Shown one piece after another: positions 1 to 9,966 of a stretch of 64,000 bases of DNA. The notes under the pieces were generated by a model. It searched no databases, had not been told where the DNA came from, and saw only the letters and a list, made by a program, of their open reading frames with translations. This DNA is from Actinomycetes bacterium (GTDB lineage: Bacteria; Actinomycetota; Acidimicrobiia; Acidimicrobiales; SZUA-35): assembly GCA_024280015.1 (NCBI GenBank), contig JAJRQY010000064.1, positions 29,254-93,253 of the forward strand, written 5' to 3'. Made by a program: the position numbers and the translations under genes. The stretch's first letter is position 1. Each line of letters starts with the position of its first letter.

Positions 1-119
1 AGCGAGTGGGTTCGTGTTCCTGCTGGATGACCCCGCAAGTCTCGTTCTAGGCCGACTACGGCACCAGCAGCTGCGGCTCCCAGCACACGAAGGAGGATCT
101 CGATCGGTTCCAGGTCCAT
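1..119 (-). CDS. MgtC/SapB family protein, N-terminal 39 codons only (gene runs off the left edge)
   Basis: Own translation of the minus strand from ATG 119..117 gives MDLEPIEILLRVLGAAAAGAVVGLERDLRGHPAGTRTHS. This matches the G-x-ER-(D/E)...AG-x-RTH N-terminus typical of MgtC-family proteins. The start overlaps the upstream stop (TGATG). Confidence 0.55.
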   Translation of the reverse strand, partial: MDLEPIEILLRVLGAAAAGAVVGLERDLRGHPAGTRTHS

Positions 120-730
120 CAGTCGATGGTAGCGATCGTGAAGCGGGGCAGGGCGACATGCACGATCGGCCCTATGAACAAGGCAAACGCCAATGTGCCA
201 AATCCAACAGATCCACCGAGCAGCCAGCCAACAACTAAGGCAACGGCCTCAATGGCGGTGCGAATGCGTCGTATCGGCCAACCGAACCGAGCAAATCCCG
301 TCATCAGCCCATCGCGAGGTCCTGGACCTAGCCCGGCTCCGATATAGAGCCCCGACGCAATCCCGGTCCCAACAATGCCAAGGATTAACGAGACGATCTG
401 AAGTCCTGTCCGGTCGATCTCGGGCAGTACGGCAAGGGTGACATCGACCATCAAGCCAACGATCACCGCATTACCAATGGTTCCAAGCCCAGGCTTCTCC
501 CGCAGCGGGATCCAAACAGCGAGAACGGCGAAGCTAACGGCAACCGTTGTCTGACCCAGAGTCAAGGGGATGTGGTTCGCCAACCCTTGATGCAACACAG
601 TCCAAGGGTCAGCCCCAAGGTCAGCCAACACAATCAAGCCAATACTGATACCAAACAAGACAAGACCAATGACGAGAAAGATCAGGCGCCGGGCCGTTGG
701 GGGCGGGGCAAGTAGTTGGAGCGCTGACAT
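119..730 (-). CDS. YczE/YitT-like integral membrane protein
   Basis: 203-aa ORF with 5-6 hydrophobic helices and a Gly-rich membrane profile (LIFLVIGLVLFGISIGLIV...). Assignment is by family resemblance only. Confidence 0.55.
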   Translation of the reverse strand: MSALQLLAPPPTARRLIFLVIGLVLFGISIGLIVLADLGADPWTVLHQGLANHIPLTLGQTTVAVSFAVLAVWIPLREKPGLGTIGNAVIVGLMVDVTLAVLPEIDRTGLQIVSLILGIVGTGIASGLYIGAGLGPGPRDGLMTGFARFGWPIRRIRTAIEAVALVVGWLLGGSVGFGTLAFALFIGPIVHVALPRFTIATID

Positions 731-747
731 CTCCGGCAGGCTAGCTT

Positions 748-2085
748 TTGATCATGACTTCACGAGCTTCCAATGGTCAGTCGACGACCTGCGTTGTCGG
801 GGCCGGGCCCAGCGGCCTGGCAACAGCCAGAGCGCTGTTGGCCAAGGGACTTCCGGTTGAGGTCTTTGAACGAAACGATCAGATCGGTGGAATATGGGAC
901 CCAACAAACAAGGGCACCCCCATCTACGAGTCGGCCCATTTCATTTCTTCCAAGACCCTGTCAGGCTTCTCCGGCCATCCTTTCCCCGAGGGCTATCCGG
1001 ACTATCCCCGCGCCGATCAGATTCTCACCTACCTGCAAACGTTCACCAAGAAACATGACCTGGACAGCGTCATCACCTTCAGTTGCGGAGTGGACCGGGC
1101 CGAATGGTCCTCTGATGGAGGCTGGACCGTCACGCTTGAGACCGGCGATGTCAAGCAGTTCGACAATCTGGTCTGCGCCAACGGAACCCAATGGCATCCG
1201 GCTATGCCAGACATTCCCGGTTCATTTGATGGTGAAGTGTTCCACTCCAAGGACTACTCATCGATCGATCAGCTCCGAGGCAAGCGGGTTCTTATTGTTG
1301 GGGCCGGGAACTCCGGTGTTGATATTGCCTGTGACGCTGCGTCATCAGCCGGCTACGCCGCCATCAGCATGCGTCGCGGCTACCACTTCATTCCCAAGCA
1401 CATCTTCGGCATTCCTTCCGACGTGTTCGGAGACTCGGGGCCCGAGCTTCCTCTCGCCATCAGTCAGCGTGTCTTTGCCGTCATGCTTCGACTGCTCAAC
1501 GGCAAGCAGGAGCGGCTCGGACTGCCGAAACCCGATCACAAGATGTTCGAGACCCATCCCATCTTGAATTCGGAGATCTTTCACTACCTCAGTCATGGCG
1601 ACCTTCAGGTCAAGCGAGACGTGGAGTCCTTCGACGGACCCATCGTTCGTTTTACTGACGGCACATCTGAAGAGTTCGATGTCGTCATCTTCGCTACCGG
1701 CTACAACACTCTTATCCCCTATGTGGACGAGGCAGAGTTCGAATGGACGATGGGCCGTCCATCCATGCTGATGCGAGTCTTTGACCGGCGAAACCCTCAC
1801 CTCTTCGCCGTTGGCTTTAGTGAAGGTGACGGTGGAGGGTTCCCCATCTTCGAACTGATGGCTGACGCGGTAGCCAGCGCCATTCAGCAGATCGGACCGG
1901 CGACTCAAGCTGCACCTGCCCTCTGGCTCCGGTTCCTCCGAGAGGCCGACCCCGACATCATTGGCCACGTGAAACTGATCAAGGTGCCGCGACATGCCGC
2001 CTATCTTCACGGTCCTGCCTACAAGAAGGAAATGGCGAACATCCGAGCAGAGTTCGGATGGGACGAATTGACAACTGACGATTGA
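748..2085 (+). CDS. Flavin-containing monooxygenase (FMO/BVMO-like)
   Basis: 445-aa ORF with two dinucleotide-binding motifs (VVGAGPSGL and IVGAGNSGVDIA) and the FATGY motif. Confidence 0.85.
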   Translation: MIMTSRASNGQSTTCVVGAGPSGLATARALLAKGLPVEVFERNDQIGGIWDPTNKGTPIYESAHFISSKTLSGFSGHPFPEGYPDYPRADQILTYLQTFTKKHDLDSVITFSCGVDRAEWSSDGGWTVTLETGDVKQFDNLVCANGTQWHPAMPDIPGSFDGEVFHSKDYSSIDQLRGKRVLIVGAGNSGVDIACDAASSAGYAAISMRRGYHFIPKHIFGIPSDVFGDSGPELPLAISQRVFAVMLRLLNGKQERLGLPKPDHKMFETHPILNSEIFHYLSHGDLQVKRDVESFDGPIVRFTDGTSEEFDVVIFATGYNTLIPYVDEAEFEWTMGRPSMLMRVFDRRNPHLFAVGFSEGDGGGFPIFELMADAVASAIQQIGPATQAAPALWLRFLREADPDIIGHVKLIKVPRHAAYLHGPAYKKEMANIRAEFGWDELTTDD

Positions 2086-2117
2086 CCGGGACCACAACGA
2101 GATTGTTCTAGGGTGGA

Positions 2118-2822
2118 GTGGTGCCAGCTTTCCCTCTTGTCTTGTTTGACCTTGATCACACCCTCTTCGACTTTGAGGGCTCCAAGAAGATCGCCTTTGG
2201 GGAGGTTCTGAAGGAAGAGGGAATCGAGGATCCATCTTCCTATCTCGGTGTGTTCAAACAGGTTGAGAAACCGCTTTGGGCTGGTCTTGAACGGGGTGAG
2301 CTCACCCTGGACTCACTCAACGATCGCCGCTTCAAAGAACTCGTGGAAGTTGCTGGTCTTGACGCCAACCCATCGGCCATGGCCACCAGCTACTTGGCTT
2401 GGCTTGGCAAGAGCGGCGGGCTATTCCCCGGCGCCCGAGAGCTGTTGGACGGTCTCGTCGATCACTGCTCGCTAGCCCTGGTCTCCAACGGCTACGGCGA
2501 AGTGCAGCACGCACGAATGACCAACTTTGAACTTGGCCACTACTTCGATGCCATCATTGTTTCGAGCGAGGTTGGTTTGGCCAAACCTCATCGGGGCTTC
2601 TTCGATCATGCCTTCACCGCCCTGGGCAACCCAGATCCGCAGACTGCACTGATGGTCGGAGACAGCCTGACCTCCGACATCGCCGGCGCCAACAACTATG
2701 GATTGTCGTGTTGCTGGTACAACCCGTCCGAACAGCTGGCCCCGGAACACCTGGAGATCGACTTCACCGTGTCTGACTTGGCATCCATCCGGTCAATCGT
2801 GTTGGATGGAGAGCAGCCCTGA
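2118..2822 (+). CDS. HAD-IA family hydrolase (YjjG-like nucleotidase type)
   Basis: Motif I is LFDLDHTLFDF. The C-terminal motif is VGDSLTSDIAGANNYG. Confidence 0.85.
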   Translation: MVPAFPLVLFDLDHTLFDFEGSKKIAFGEVLKEEGIEDPSSYLGVFKQVEKPLWAGLERGELTLDSLNDRRFKELVEVAGLDANPSAMATSYLAWLGKSGGLFPGARELLDGLVDHCSLALVSNGYGEVQHARMTNFELGHYFDAIIVSSEVGLAKPHRGFFDHAFTALGNPDPQTALMVGDSLTSDIAGANNYGLSCCWYNPSEQLAPEHLEIDFTVSDLASIRSIVLDGEQP

Positions 2823-3370
2823 TGAAAGCCGCAGCCAATCCCGCGAGCCAATCGATTCCCGTCATCGAATCCGACCGTCTCATCCTTCGCGGGTTCCAAG
2901 AGTCAGACTTTGAGCCGATGGCGGAGTTCTACGCTGATCCGATCTCGGCCTTCTACGGCGGGCCATGCGACCGGGAAGACGGATGGCGCAAGTTTGCGGC
3001 CTATGCCGGACATTGGATGTTGCGAGGTTATGGGCCTTGGGCATTGGACGAGAAAGCCACCGGCAATTTCGTCGGCTTGTCCGGTCTCTGGTACCCCGAT
3101 GGCTGGATCGAGCCGGAGATCACCTGGGCCTTAGTGCCGGGCCAACACGGCAAGGGATTTGCCACCGAGGCTGCACTAACCGCATTGCGTGCCGCCTATG
3201 AACTGTTCGGCTGGAACCGGGCAGTAAGCGTCATTGCCAAGGACAATCCGGCATCAGTTGCGGTTGCCACTCGCATGGGTGCCACCTTTGAGCGTGAGGT
3301 CGACTACCGCTACGGCAAAGCCAACCTCTACGTCCACGCCGGCCTTGACCAGCTCAACGCCACTTCATAG
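2822..3370 (+). CDS. GNAT family N-acetyltransferase (RimJ/RimL-like)
   Basis: The N-terminus (IESDRLILRGFQESDFEPMAEFYADP) and the acetyl-CoA fold region (QHGKGFATEA) fit the family. The start overlaps the HAD stop (TGATG). Confidence 0.85.
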   Translation: MKAAANPASQSIPVIESDRLILRGFQESDFEPMAEFYADPISAFYGGPCDREDGWRKFAAYAGHWMLRGYGPWALDEKATGNFVGLSGLWYPDGWIEPEITWALVPGQHGKGFATEAALTALRAAYELFGWNRAVSVIAKDNPASVAVATRMGATFEREVDYRYGKANLYVHAGLDQLNATS

Positions 3371-3457
3371 GTCTCGGCCTACCGCGACGCCCTGAACGCC
3401 ACGCGAGAGCAATCCTGACGATTCAATAGCGAACTACTCGGTCTTGAATCGTCAGGG

Positions 3458-3510
3458 TTGACAGGGTTTCGTCTCTCAATAATACTTCGTATTATCTACG
3501 GTATATCACC
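3458..3510 (+). promoter_or_regulatory. Candidate promoter/operator of the padR-ABC operon
   Basis: AT-rich island in a GC-rich context. It contains TTGACA at 3458..3463, TA-rich hexamers (TATTAT 3490..3495, TATATC 3502..3507) and the palindrome AATAC-TTC-GTATT at 3481..3493, about 40 nt upstream of the padR ATG. Confidence 0.35.
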
Positions 3511-3541
3511 GTCAAACTGTTCGAGCCGAGAGCAACCAGCC

Positions 3542-4135
3542 ATGACGATTCCCCACGCACTTCTTGCCCTCCTCACCCAAGAGCCCAAGTTTGGCCTTCG
3601 CCTAAAGGAAGAGTTCGAAGCCAGAACAGGTTCACTCTGGCCCCTCAATGTCGGCCAGGTCTACACCACTCTCGGCAGACTGGAGCGCGATGGCTTGGTA
3701 TCTGATGACGATGGGTCAACCCCGTCTCGCAAGTTGTACTGCTTGACCAAGTCTGGTCGTGCAGAACTGGATTCGTGGCTGTCCACTCCTCCAAGCAACA
3801 CCTCACCTCCCCGCAACGAGCTAGTAATCAAGGTGATGGTCGCCCTCTCCATTCCCGAGGTCGACATCAGTGAGGTCATTCAAACCCACCGTCGCCACCA
3901 GCTGCGGGCCATGCAAGACCTGACCAAGTTGAAACGGGCTGATGACGATCTAGCACTACTGCTGGTAGTTGATGCCGAACTGTTCCGGCTGGAAGCAACC
4001 GTACGTTGGCTGGATACCTGTGATGCCAGGTTGCGCCGCGGCGATGCTCTCAATGTCATGCAGACGGGAAGCATCTTGCGGCCAGGTATCAAGTCCGACG
4101 AGCAAGAGACCAAGAATGCTGGCAATCGATCATGA
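3542..4135 (+). CDS. PadR family transcriptional regulator
   Basis: The internal ATG at 3542 gives MTIPHALLALLTQEPKFGLRLKEEFE...VYTTLGRLERDGLV, a PadR winged-helix signature. The longer ORF from 3458 starts inside the promoter island. Confidence 0.85.
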   Translation: MTIPHALLALLTQEPKFGLRLKEEFEARTGSLWPLNVGQVYTTLGRLERDGLVSDDDGSTPSRKLYCLTKSGRAELDSWLSTPPSNTSPPRNELVIKVMVALSIPEVDISEVIQTHRRHQLRAMQDLTKLKRADDDLALLLVVDAELFRLEATVRWLDTCDARLRRGDALNVMQTGSILRPGIKSDEQETKNAGNRS

Positions 4136-4878
4136 GCATTCTTGACTTGCAAGGGCTGAGTAAGACGTTCGCTGACGGAGACAACACCATCCACGCCCTG
4201 CGCGATATCGACCTACGCGTCGCTGCTGGTGAGTTAGTGGCAGTCATGGGGCCGAGTGGTTCGGGCAAGAGCACGCTCTTAACTATCGCTGGTGGACTTG
4301 AGGCCCCGACATCCGGTCAAGTACTCGTTACCGGTCGAGACCTAGCCGAACTCAATCCTGATGAACGCGCCGGTATCCGGCGAAGGACCATTGGCTACGT
4401 CTTCCAAGACTTGAATCTGATCAACGCCCTGACCGCCGCAGAGAACGTATCCCTCCCCTTGGAGCTGGACGGGATGAAGGCCAAGCCAGCAAGAACCGAG
4501 GCCTGCACCATGCTGGAACGAGTTGGCCTAGCCGACAAGGTCCACCGGTTCCCCGATGACCTCTCCGGAGGTGAGCGTCAGCGGGTTGCCATTGCCCGAG
4601 CTTTGATCGGTGATCATCGACTCATCCTGGCTGATGAGCCGACAGGCGCCCTTGACTCGGTGAATGGCGAAGACATCATGCGCCTGATTCGCCGGGCGTG
4701 TGACGACGGCGCGGCCGGAGTGATCGTCACCCACGATGCTCAACTGGCCGCTTGGGCTGATCGCATCTTGTTCCTCCGAGATGAGCGAGCGATCGACCAT
4801 GCCGTCTCGTCCTCGTCAACCGATCTATTGCTTGAGGCCGCCTCCGGCAGTGGCACAAGCGGCGGCCAGGGCCTCTGA
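4132..4878 (+). CDS. ABC transporter ATP-binding protein (MacB/LolD/FtsE type)
   Basis: Walker A is GPSGSGKST, the ABC signature is LSGGERQRVAIARAL and Walker B is LILADEPTGALD. There is an ATGA overlap with padR. Confidence 0.9.
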   Translation: MSILDLQGLSKTFADGDNTIHALRDIDLRVAAGELVAVMGPSGSGKSTLLTIAGGLEAPTSGQVLVTGRDLAELNPDERAGIRRRTIGYVFQDLNLINALTAAENVSLPLELDGMKAKPARTEACTMLERVGLADKVHRFPDDLSGGERQRVAIARALIGDHRLILADEPTGALDSVNGEDIMRLIRRACDDGAAGVIVTHDAQLAAWADRILFLRDERAIDHAVSSSSTDLLLEAASGSGTSGGQGL

Positions 4879-7427
4879 TGGGAGCCAAACGAGCCCTTGG
4901 TCGTTGGGGATGGCGACTACTTCGCCAGGAGTGGCGTGAGCAGTTGTTGATTCTTGGACTTATCACCGTTTCCATTGCCATGGCCTCCGTCTTGGCGACT
5001 GCCATCTTCCATGCCGAGCAACCACCCTCAACCTTCACCGGTGATGCCAGCTACCGCATCTCCGTCTTCGGCGACGAGACTGAGACTCTCAATGACAAGC
5101 TGGCCCGGGCGCAGGTGGCTTTCCCCCGCGCAGAGGTCACTCGTTCAATCATTGCCAGCCGAGATGGCGCGGGTCAGGACTTCCTCATCGAAGCGCCGCC
5201 CTCTGCCTCGGCGCTCGGCGCTGAACCCATTCGCATGATCGAGGGCCGCCGACCGCAATCTGAGGGCGAGATTGCCGTCAGCACCAGCCTTGCCGTCAAG
5301 CTGCGGATCCCTATCGGGTCAACACCCATCCTGAATGGCCAAAGCTTGACGGTCGTTGGCTTGATGGAAGATCCCAGCGCCATCAATCGAGAGTTCGCCA
5401 TTGTCCATCCCGCTCACTTCCTGGGAGCCTTCCCTTCCGCCCGCACTTCCGACTTCAGTGGCTCAGACCATGCCTTCCTCCCTGACCCCCAATTCGCTAC
5501 CCTCCTGGTCTCCGCGTCTCCATCAGAAGTCAATTCCTATCTAGAGAACTCGGATCGGCCCGGATTCGCTGACTACTCCAACGTCGAAGGCTTGACCTTC
5601 GCCGACAGCGCACGCCGGGTCGCCGTGTTGGCCGTATTCCTCCTGGCCACCATTGTCATGGTAGAGATCGCCTTGCTCTGCTCGGCCGGCTTCGTGGTTC
5701 TAGGCCAGCGAAGGATTCGCCAGTCTGGATTGCTCAGTGCCGTCGGAGCCACCCCACGACATCTGCGTCAAGCCATGCGGCTCAACGGCCTAGTTCTTGG
5801 ATTCGTTGGTGGATCCCTGGGTGTTGGACTCGGTTTTGGCCTCAGCTTGGCGGGCCGTCCCTTGTTCGAGCGGCTGCTCACCCAACGAATCCAGACCTGG
5901 AGTGTCCCTTGGATTATCCTGCTACCGCCGGTCTGGTTGGCCAGCACAACTGGGCTACTGGCCGCCTGGCTGCCAGCCCGGGGCGTATCCCGAATCCCTA
6001 TTGTTGATGCACTGGCGTCACGTCAGCCCATTGGCCGGTCCACGGCTCGCTGGGGATTAGTCGGAGGTTTGGCCTTCATCGGCGGGGCAGCGACTCTGAG
6101 CGTGGCCATCGGCTCTAACGCTACGATGCTCGCCGTTGTTGGGCTCGTCGCAGCAATCGCTGGACTTCTACTGTTGACCCCAGCCCTCACCAAAGCAGCC
6201 GGTCGGCTTGCTCCCCGACTGCCGCTAGCTCCGAGAATCGCCTTGCGTGATCTGGCCCGCCATCCCAACCGAACAGCTGCTGCCCTAGCTGCCTTGGTGG
6301 TAGCCCTTGGTATCCCGGTCGGCGTCATCCTGACCAGCACCTCATCCGACGCCAACCTCGACAACGCCGGTCCCAACCTGCCGGACAACTGGGCTCTCAT
6401 CATGCCCACAATCACGATGCACGGCGGACATGGACTAGCTGATCTTGGCGACCACACCGGCGAGTTGGAGGCCATACAGGCCGTTCTGCCACTAGCAGTC
6501 TTGACCGAGATCCAGTTAGCCAAAATTCCAGAAGCTTTGGGCAGCTCAGCTCGTATGCCAGACCTTTTTTCCACCGTCACGGCAACTCACTGCCAATCGG
6601 ACGGGGACGGGTTCGGCTGTCGTGCTGGCCCCAGGGATACAGCATGGGTGGCAACACCCAATCTAATGATTGCCCTCGGCCTTGAGCCAGATCTGGCCTC
6701 GAAGCCAGTCCTCCTGTTGAGCAGCCGCGATGAGGCGGTCAACATCGGATTTTTACAAAACGGCGATGAGCTTCCAATGACGCCGGATGTGGCCGATCTC
6801 AGCCCCTACCGGGCAGTACCTAACTATTTCGTTCCCGAAGCCAGCATGGTCGATCAAGGATACGAACCAGTGTTGGCTGGATGGTTGCTGACAAACCCCT
6901 CGACCATCACCGCAGAACAATCAAAGCAACTCTTCGCCGCGGTGTCCGGAGGCTCGTCCAGCGATTTCACTCAGGTCATCGGCCAGTCCGGCATTGCGCG
7001 AGACGAATCCCTACTCGCAGTTGAGGTGCAACAACCGGATCAGAACGATGACGACATCCGGCGAAACGTACTAATCGTCGGAGTCTTGGTCTCCTTGACC
7101 ATCATTGCTGCCATGGTCAGCCTGCTTCGTGTTGACTCAGCCCGCGACGACCGGGCCCTGGCTGCCATCGGTGCGCCCTCAGGAACTCGTCGCAAGATCG
7201 TGGCGTCCACCACCGCCTTCCTCGGCCTGGGAGGTTCGTTACTAGCCTTGCCCGGCGGCTACCTCGCGCTCGTCGCCATCACCTCGGATCGGGCCGGGGG
7301 CTACCCATACGTCTTTCCCGCAGCACAGCTGGCCATCCTGCTCATTGGCGCACCCCTACTAGCCACCCTCGTGGCCGCCATCCTCGTCCGCCGACAGCCC
7401 GCATCCTTGGCGGCCAACATCCGCTGA
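4878..7427 (+). CDS. FtsX-like ABC transporter permease (double FtsX domain)
   Basis: 849-aa ORF with two clusters of TM helices separated by large extracytoplasmic regions. There is a TGATG overlap with the ATPase gene. Confidence 0.85.
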   Translation: MGAKRALGRWGWRLLRQEWREQLLILGLITVSIAMASVLATAIFHAEQPPSTFTGDASYRISVFGDETETLNDKLARAQVAFPRAEVTRSIIASRDGAGQDFLIEAPPSASALGAEPIRMIEGRRPQSEGEIAVSTSLAVKLRIPIGSTPILNGQSLTVVGLMEDPSAINREFAIVHPAHFLGAFPSARTSDFSGSDHAFLPDPQFATLLVSASPSEVNSYLENSDRPGFADYSNVEGLTFADSARRVAVLAVFLLATIVMVEIALLCSAGFVVLGQRRIRQSGLLSAVGATPRHLRQAMRLNGLVLGFVGGSLGVGLGFGLSLAGRPLFERLLTQRIQTWSVPWIILLPPVWLASTTGLLAAWLPARGVSRIPIVDALASRQPIGRSTARWGLVGGLAFIGGAATLSVAIGSNATMLAVVGLVAAIAGLLLLTPALTKAAGRLAPRLPLAPRIALRDLARHPNRTAAALAALVVALGIPVGVILTSTSSDANLDNAGPNLPDNWALIMPTITMHGGHGLADLGDHTGELEAIQAVLPLAVLTEIQLAKIPEALGSSARMPDLFSTVTATHCQSDGDGFGCRAGPRDTAWVATPNLMIALGLEPDLASKPVLLLSSRDEAVNIGFLQNGDELPMTPDVADLSPYRAVPNYFVPEASMVDQGYEPVLAGWLLTNPSTITAEQSKQLFAAVSGGSSSDFTQVIGQSGIARDESLLAVEVQQPDQNDDDIRRNVLIVGVLVSLTIIAAMVSLLRVDSARDDRALAAIGAPSGTRRKIVASTTAFLGLGGSLLALPGGYLALVAITSDRAGGYPYVFPAAQLAILLIGAPLLATLVAAILVRRQPASLAANIR

Positions 7428-7478
7428 GTTGAGCTGCCGCTCACTCGTAGCCTCCAACCGCCATTCGCTGATGGAACT

Positions 7479-7520
7479 TTGTGCAGTTGGCGACCCATTA
7501 GTGGGTCGCCAACTGCACAA
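7479..7520. terminator. Bidirectional intrinsic terminator hairpin (19-bp perfect stem, 4-nt loop)
   Basis: TTGTGCAGTTGGCGACCCA-TTAG-TGGGTCGCCAACTGCACAA lies between the convergent permease (ends 7427) and thiolase (ends 7552) genes. There is no clear U-tract. Confidence 0.7.
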
Positions 7521-7551
7521 GGTTCGAAAGAGCCACAACCCGACCAGCGGC

Positions 7552-8751
7552 CTAGACGCGTTCTACGATCATGGCGGTGCCTTGGCCAACGCCGATGCAC
7601 ATGGTGGCCAACGCACGGTCCTTGCCGCTGGCTTGCAGCTGGCGAACCGCAGTGACAATGAGGCGAGCACCACTCATGCCAAGCGGATGACCCAGGGCAA
7701 TACCACCACCCAGTGGATTCATGCGGGGGTCATCATCGGCAACACCAAGCTCTCGGGTACAGGCCAAGACCTGAGCAGCGAAAGCTTCGTTGATCTCGAT
7801 CAGGTCAAAATCGTCCATGGTCAGGCCGGTCTTGGCTAACACCTTGCGGGTAGCGAACACCGGACCAATACCCATCACCCGAGGCTCCACCCCAGCAGCA
7901 GCCGACGCGGTGATCTTGGCCAACGGTGTGAGTCCGTACTTGTCCACCGCGTCAGCTGAGGCCAGCAAGACGGCGGCTGCACCATCATTGATCCCCGACG
8001 CATTGCCCGCGGTGATTGATCCGTCAGGGACAATGGCTCGCAGCTTGGCCAACGCTTCGGGAGATGCCTCTCGCGGATGCTCATCGGTATCGACAATCTT
8101 GGTCGAGCGACGCTCCTTCACTTCCACCGGCACGATCTCGGTGACGAAAGCACCTGCGGCAATGGCAGCCGCGGCCTTGTTCTGACTCCACAAAGCAAAC
8201 GTGTCCTGGTCTTGCCGGCTGATGTTGTAGTCATCAGCCAAGTTCTGAGCGGTCTCGGGCATCGAGTCAGTGCCGTAGGCCTCCTGCAACGCCGGATTGA
8301 CGAAACGCCAGCCAATGGTGGTGTCGAACATCTGGGCAGTGCGATCAAAAGCCTTGGTCGACTTAGCGACCACCATCGGTGCCCGTGACATCGATTCCAC
8401 TCCCCCGGCAACATAGAGATCACCCATGCCCGAAGCAATCATGGCGGCAGCATTGCCAATCGAAGTCATGCCCGAAGCACACAACCGGTTCACGGTGTGG
8501 GCGGGAACCTCGGTCGGGAAACCGGCGAGAAGTGAAGCCATACGGGCAACATTGCGATTGTCTTCGCCTGCCTGGTTGGCACAACCCATGATGAGGTCAT
8601 CGACCGCAGTCCAGTCAACGCCCTCATTTCGCTCCCGAATGGCCCGAAGCACAACCGCCGCTAGATCGTCAGGCCGCACTCCGGATAGTGCTCCCCCGTA
8701 GCGACCTACTGGGGTACGGGCACCATCACAAACAAAGACATCGTCACTCAT
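7552..8751 (-). CDS. Acetyl-CoA C-acyltransferase (thiolase)
   Basis: The start is taken at the internal ATG 8751 (MSDDVFVCDGARTPVGRYGG). Thiolase blocks are NRLCASGM, NEAFAAQVL and GGGIALGHPLGMSGARL. Confidence 0.9.
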   Translation of the reverse strand: MSDDVFVCDGARTPVGRYGGALSGVRPDDLAAVVLRAIRERNEGVDWTAVDDLIMGCANQAGEDNRNVARMASLLAGFPTEVPAHTVNRLCASGMTSIGNAAAMIASGMGDLYVAGGVESMSRAPMVVAKSTKAFDRTAQMFDTTIGWRFVNPALQEAYGTDSMPETAQNLADDYNISRQDQDTFALWSQNKAAAAIAAGAFVTEIVPVEVKERRSTKIVDTDEHPREASPEALAKLRAIVPDGSITAGNASGINDGAAAVLLASADAVDKYGLTPLAKITASAAAGVEPRVMGIGPVFATRKVLAKTGLTMDDFDLIEINEAFAAQVLACTRELGVADDDPRMNPLGGGIALGHPLGMSGARLIVTAVRQLQASGKDRALATMCIGVGQGTAMIVERV

Positions 8752-8807
8752 GGCATGAAAACTAGCTGCCAGCCAGACTCTCACCAAAGCTGAGACTGAA
8801 AACCGAC

Positions 8808-9797
8808 CTACTTCCGGTAGGCCCCAATGATCCCGCGCAAGGTGTCGTCCAAAGGCTGATGATCCCATCCAAACTCCTTGGTAAAGGCACTGGAGTCGAT
8901 AATGAAGGGTCGGTCCCGCTGGTAGTCCATCTCCTTCAGCTCCCGGATAACCGGCATAAAGACTCCCAACACCCGTAGGGCGAACTTTGGGACCGACTTA
9001 GTCTTCACCGGGTCAATGCCTGCCAGTTGGCAGATCCGGGTGACGATGTCCTCAGCCGTGACTGGAGCGGCCGTTGGCACATGCCACGCCTTGCCCCAAG
9101 CAGCAGGTTCCGCCGCCAGAGTCACCAGCGCTCTGGCCGAATCATCAACCGAAGTCCAGCTATGAGGCTGCCTTGGGTCACCAAGCACGGAGACTGTCTT
9201 GGACTTCAGCAGCTTGGGCATGAGCCGGTCGGCGAATTGCCCATTCTCGGTGATCTGCGAACCGATGTAGTCCGATGCTCGGGCTTCGGTGATGCGAACC
9301 TTCCCAGCATCGTGGGCAGCCTTGGCCTCGTTCCACATGTCAACCCGGATCTGGCCCTTCTTCGAGCTCGGAAGAAGCGGGAGATCCTCTGTCAGGGGAC
9401 CGGATGGGTCGGCGTAGCCGTAGAGATTGCTCATGGTCGACAGGACAGCCCCGGTCTCTTGCGCCGCCGCCAACAGAGATGCTGCCAGCGGCGGCCAAGC
9501 CGTTGCCCACTGGTGGTATTGGGGATTGGCGCAGTTGTAGATCGCCGTTGCTCCTTCACTTTCCCGAACGAGTTCAGCGGAGTTTGCGGCATCCATTTTG
9601 ACGAGCTGGATGCCACCTGCACGGGGCCCGCTCCCCGATCGGCTAATGACCTTCACGCGGTGACCAGCATCAGAAAGAAGAGTGGCAACAGTTGAGCCGA
9701 TCGCCCCGGCCCCAACCACCACATTGAGTTCCGACGCCGAGGACTCACCTTCCCACTGATACTTGGGGGACTCACTTGTTCGCTTGCTGTCTGTCAT
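8808..9797 (-). CDS. NAD(P)-dependent epimerase/dehydratase family (atypical SDR)
   Basis: Rossmann motif VVGAGAIGSTVATLLSDAGHRV in a 329-aa ORF. Confidence 0.8.
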   Translation of the reverse strand: MTDSKRTSESPKYQWEGESSASELNVVVGAGAIGSTVATLLSDAGHRVKVISRSGSGPRAGGIQLVKMDAANSAELVRESEGATAIYNCANPQYHQWATAWPPLAASLLAAAQETGAVLSTMSNLYGYADPSGPLTEDLPLLPSSKKGQIRVDMWNEAKAAHDAGKVRITEARASDYIGSQITENGQFADRLMPKLLKSKTVSVLGDPRQPHSWTSVDDSARALVTLAAEPAAWGKAWHVPTAAPVTAEDIVTRICQLAGIDPVKTKSVPKFALRVLGVFMPVIRELKEMDYQRDRPFIIDSSAFTKEFGWDHQPLDDTLRGIIGAYRK

Positions 9798-9966
9798 AAC
9801 AATCCTCTTCTCTCAACGCTTCCTGTCCGATGATCACAAACGTGAGCACCGCTCTTGTTTAAGACAATGACATTGATCTCTGTCAAAGTCAAGAGCACTG
9901 CTCTGTTTTTAGATAAATGCTCTCGCTTCTCTTGCTTCCAGCCCGAATTCAGTCAATACTCCGGCT

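Noticed and set aside
14-238. 74-aa plus-strand ORF at the left edge
   Set aside because: It overlaps the minus-strand MgtC-like N-terminus and the YczE-like C-terminus, both of which give recognisable family sequences.
1345-2235. 296-aa minus-strand ORF
   Set aside because: It lies antisense to the FMO gene and runs across the FMO/HAD intergenic region. It has no recognisable domain.
8752-8868. N-terminal extension of the thiolase ORF. The same applies to the extended starts of 3458 (padR), 11277 (amidase), 25206 (ACAD), 27333 (paaX), 28426 (hpaB-like), 37539 (SRPBCC) and 51655 (MFS).
   Set aside because: The extensions overlap neighbouring genes or promoters and lack similarity to the respective families. 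Internal ATGs align with the conserved family N-termini.
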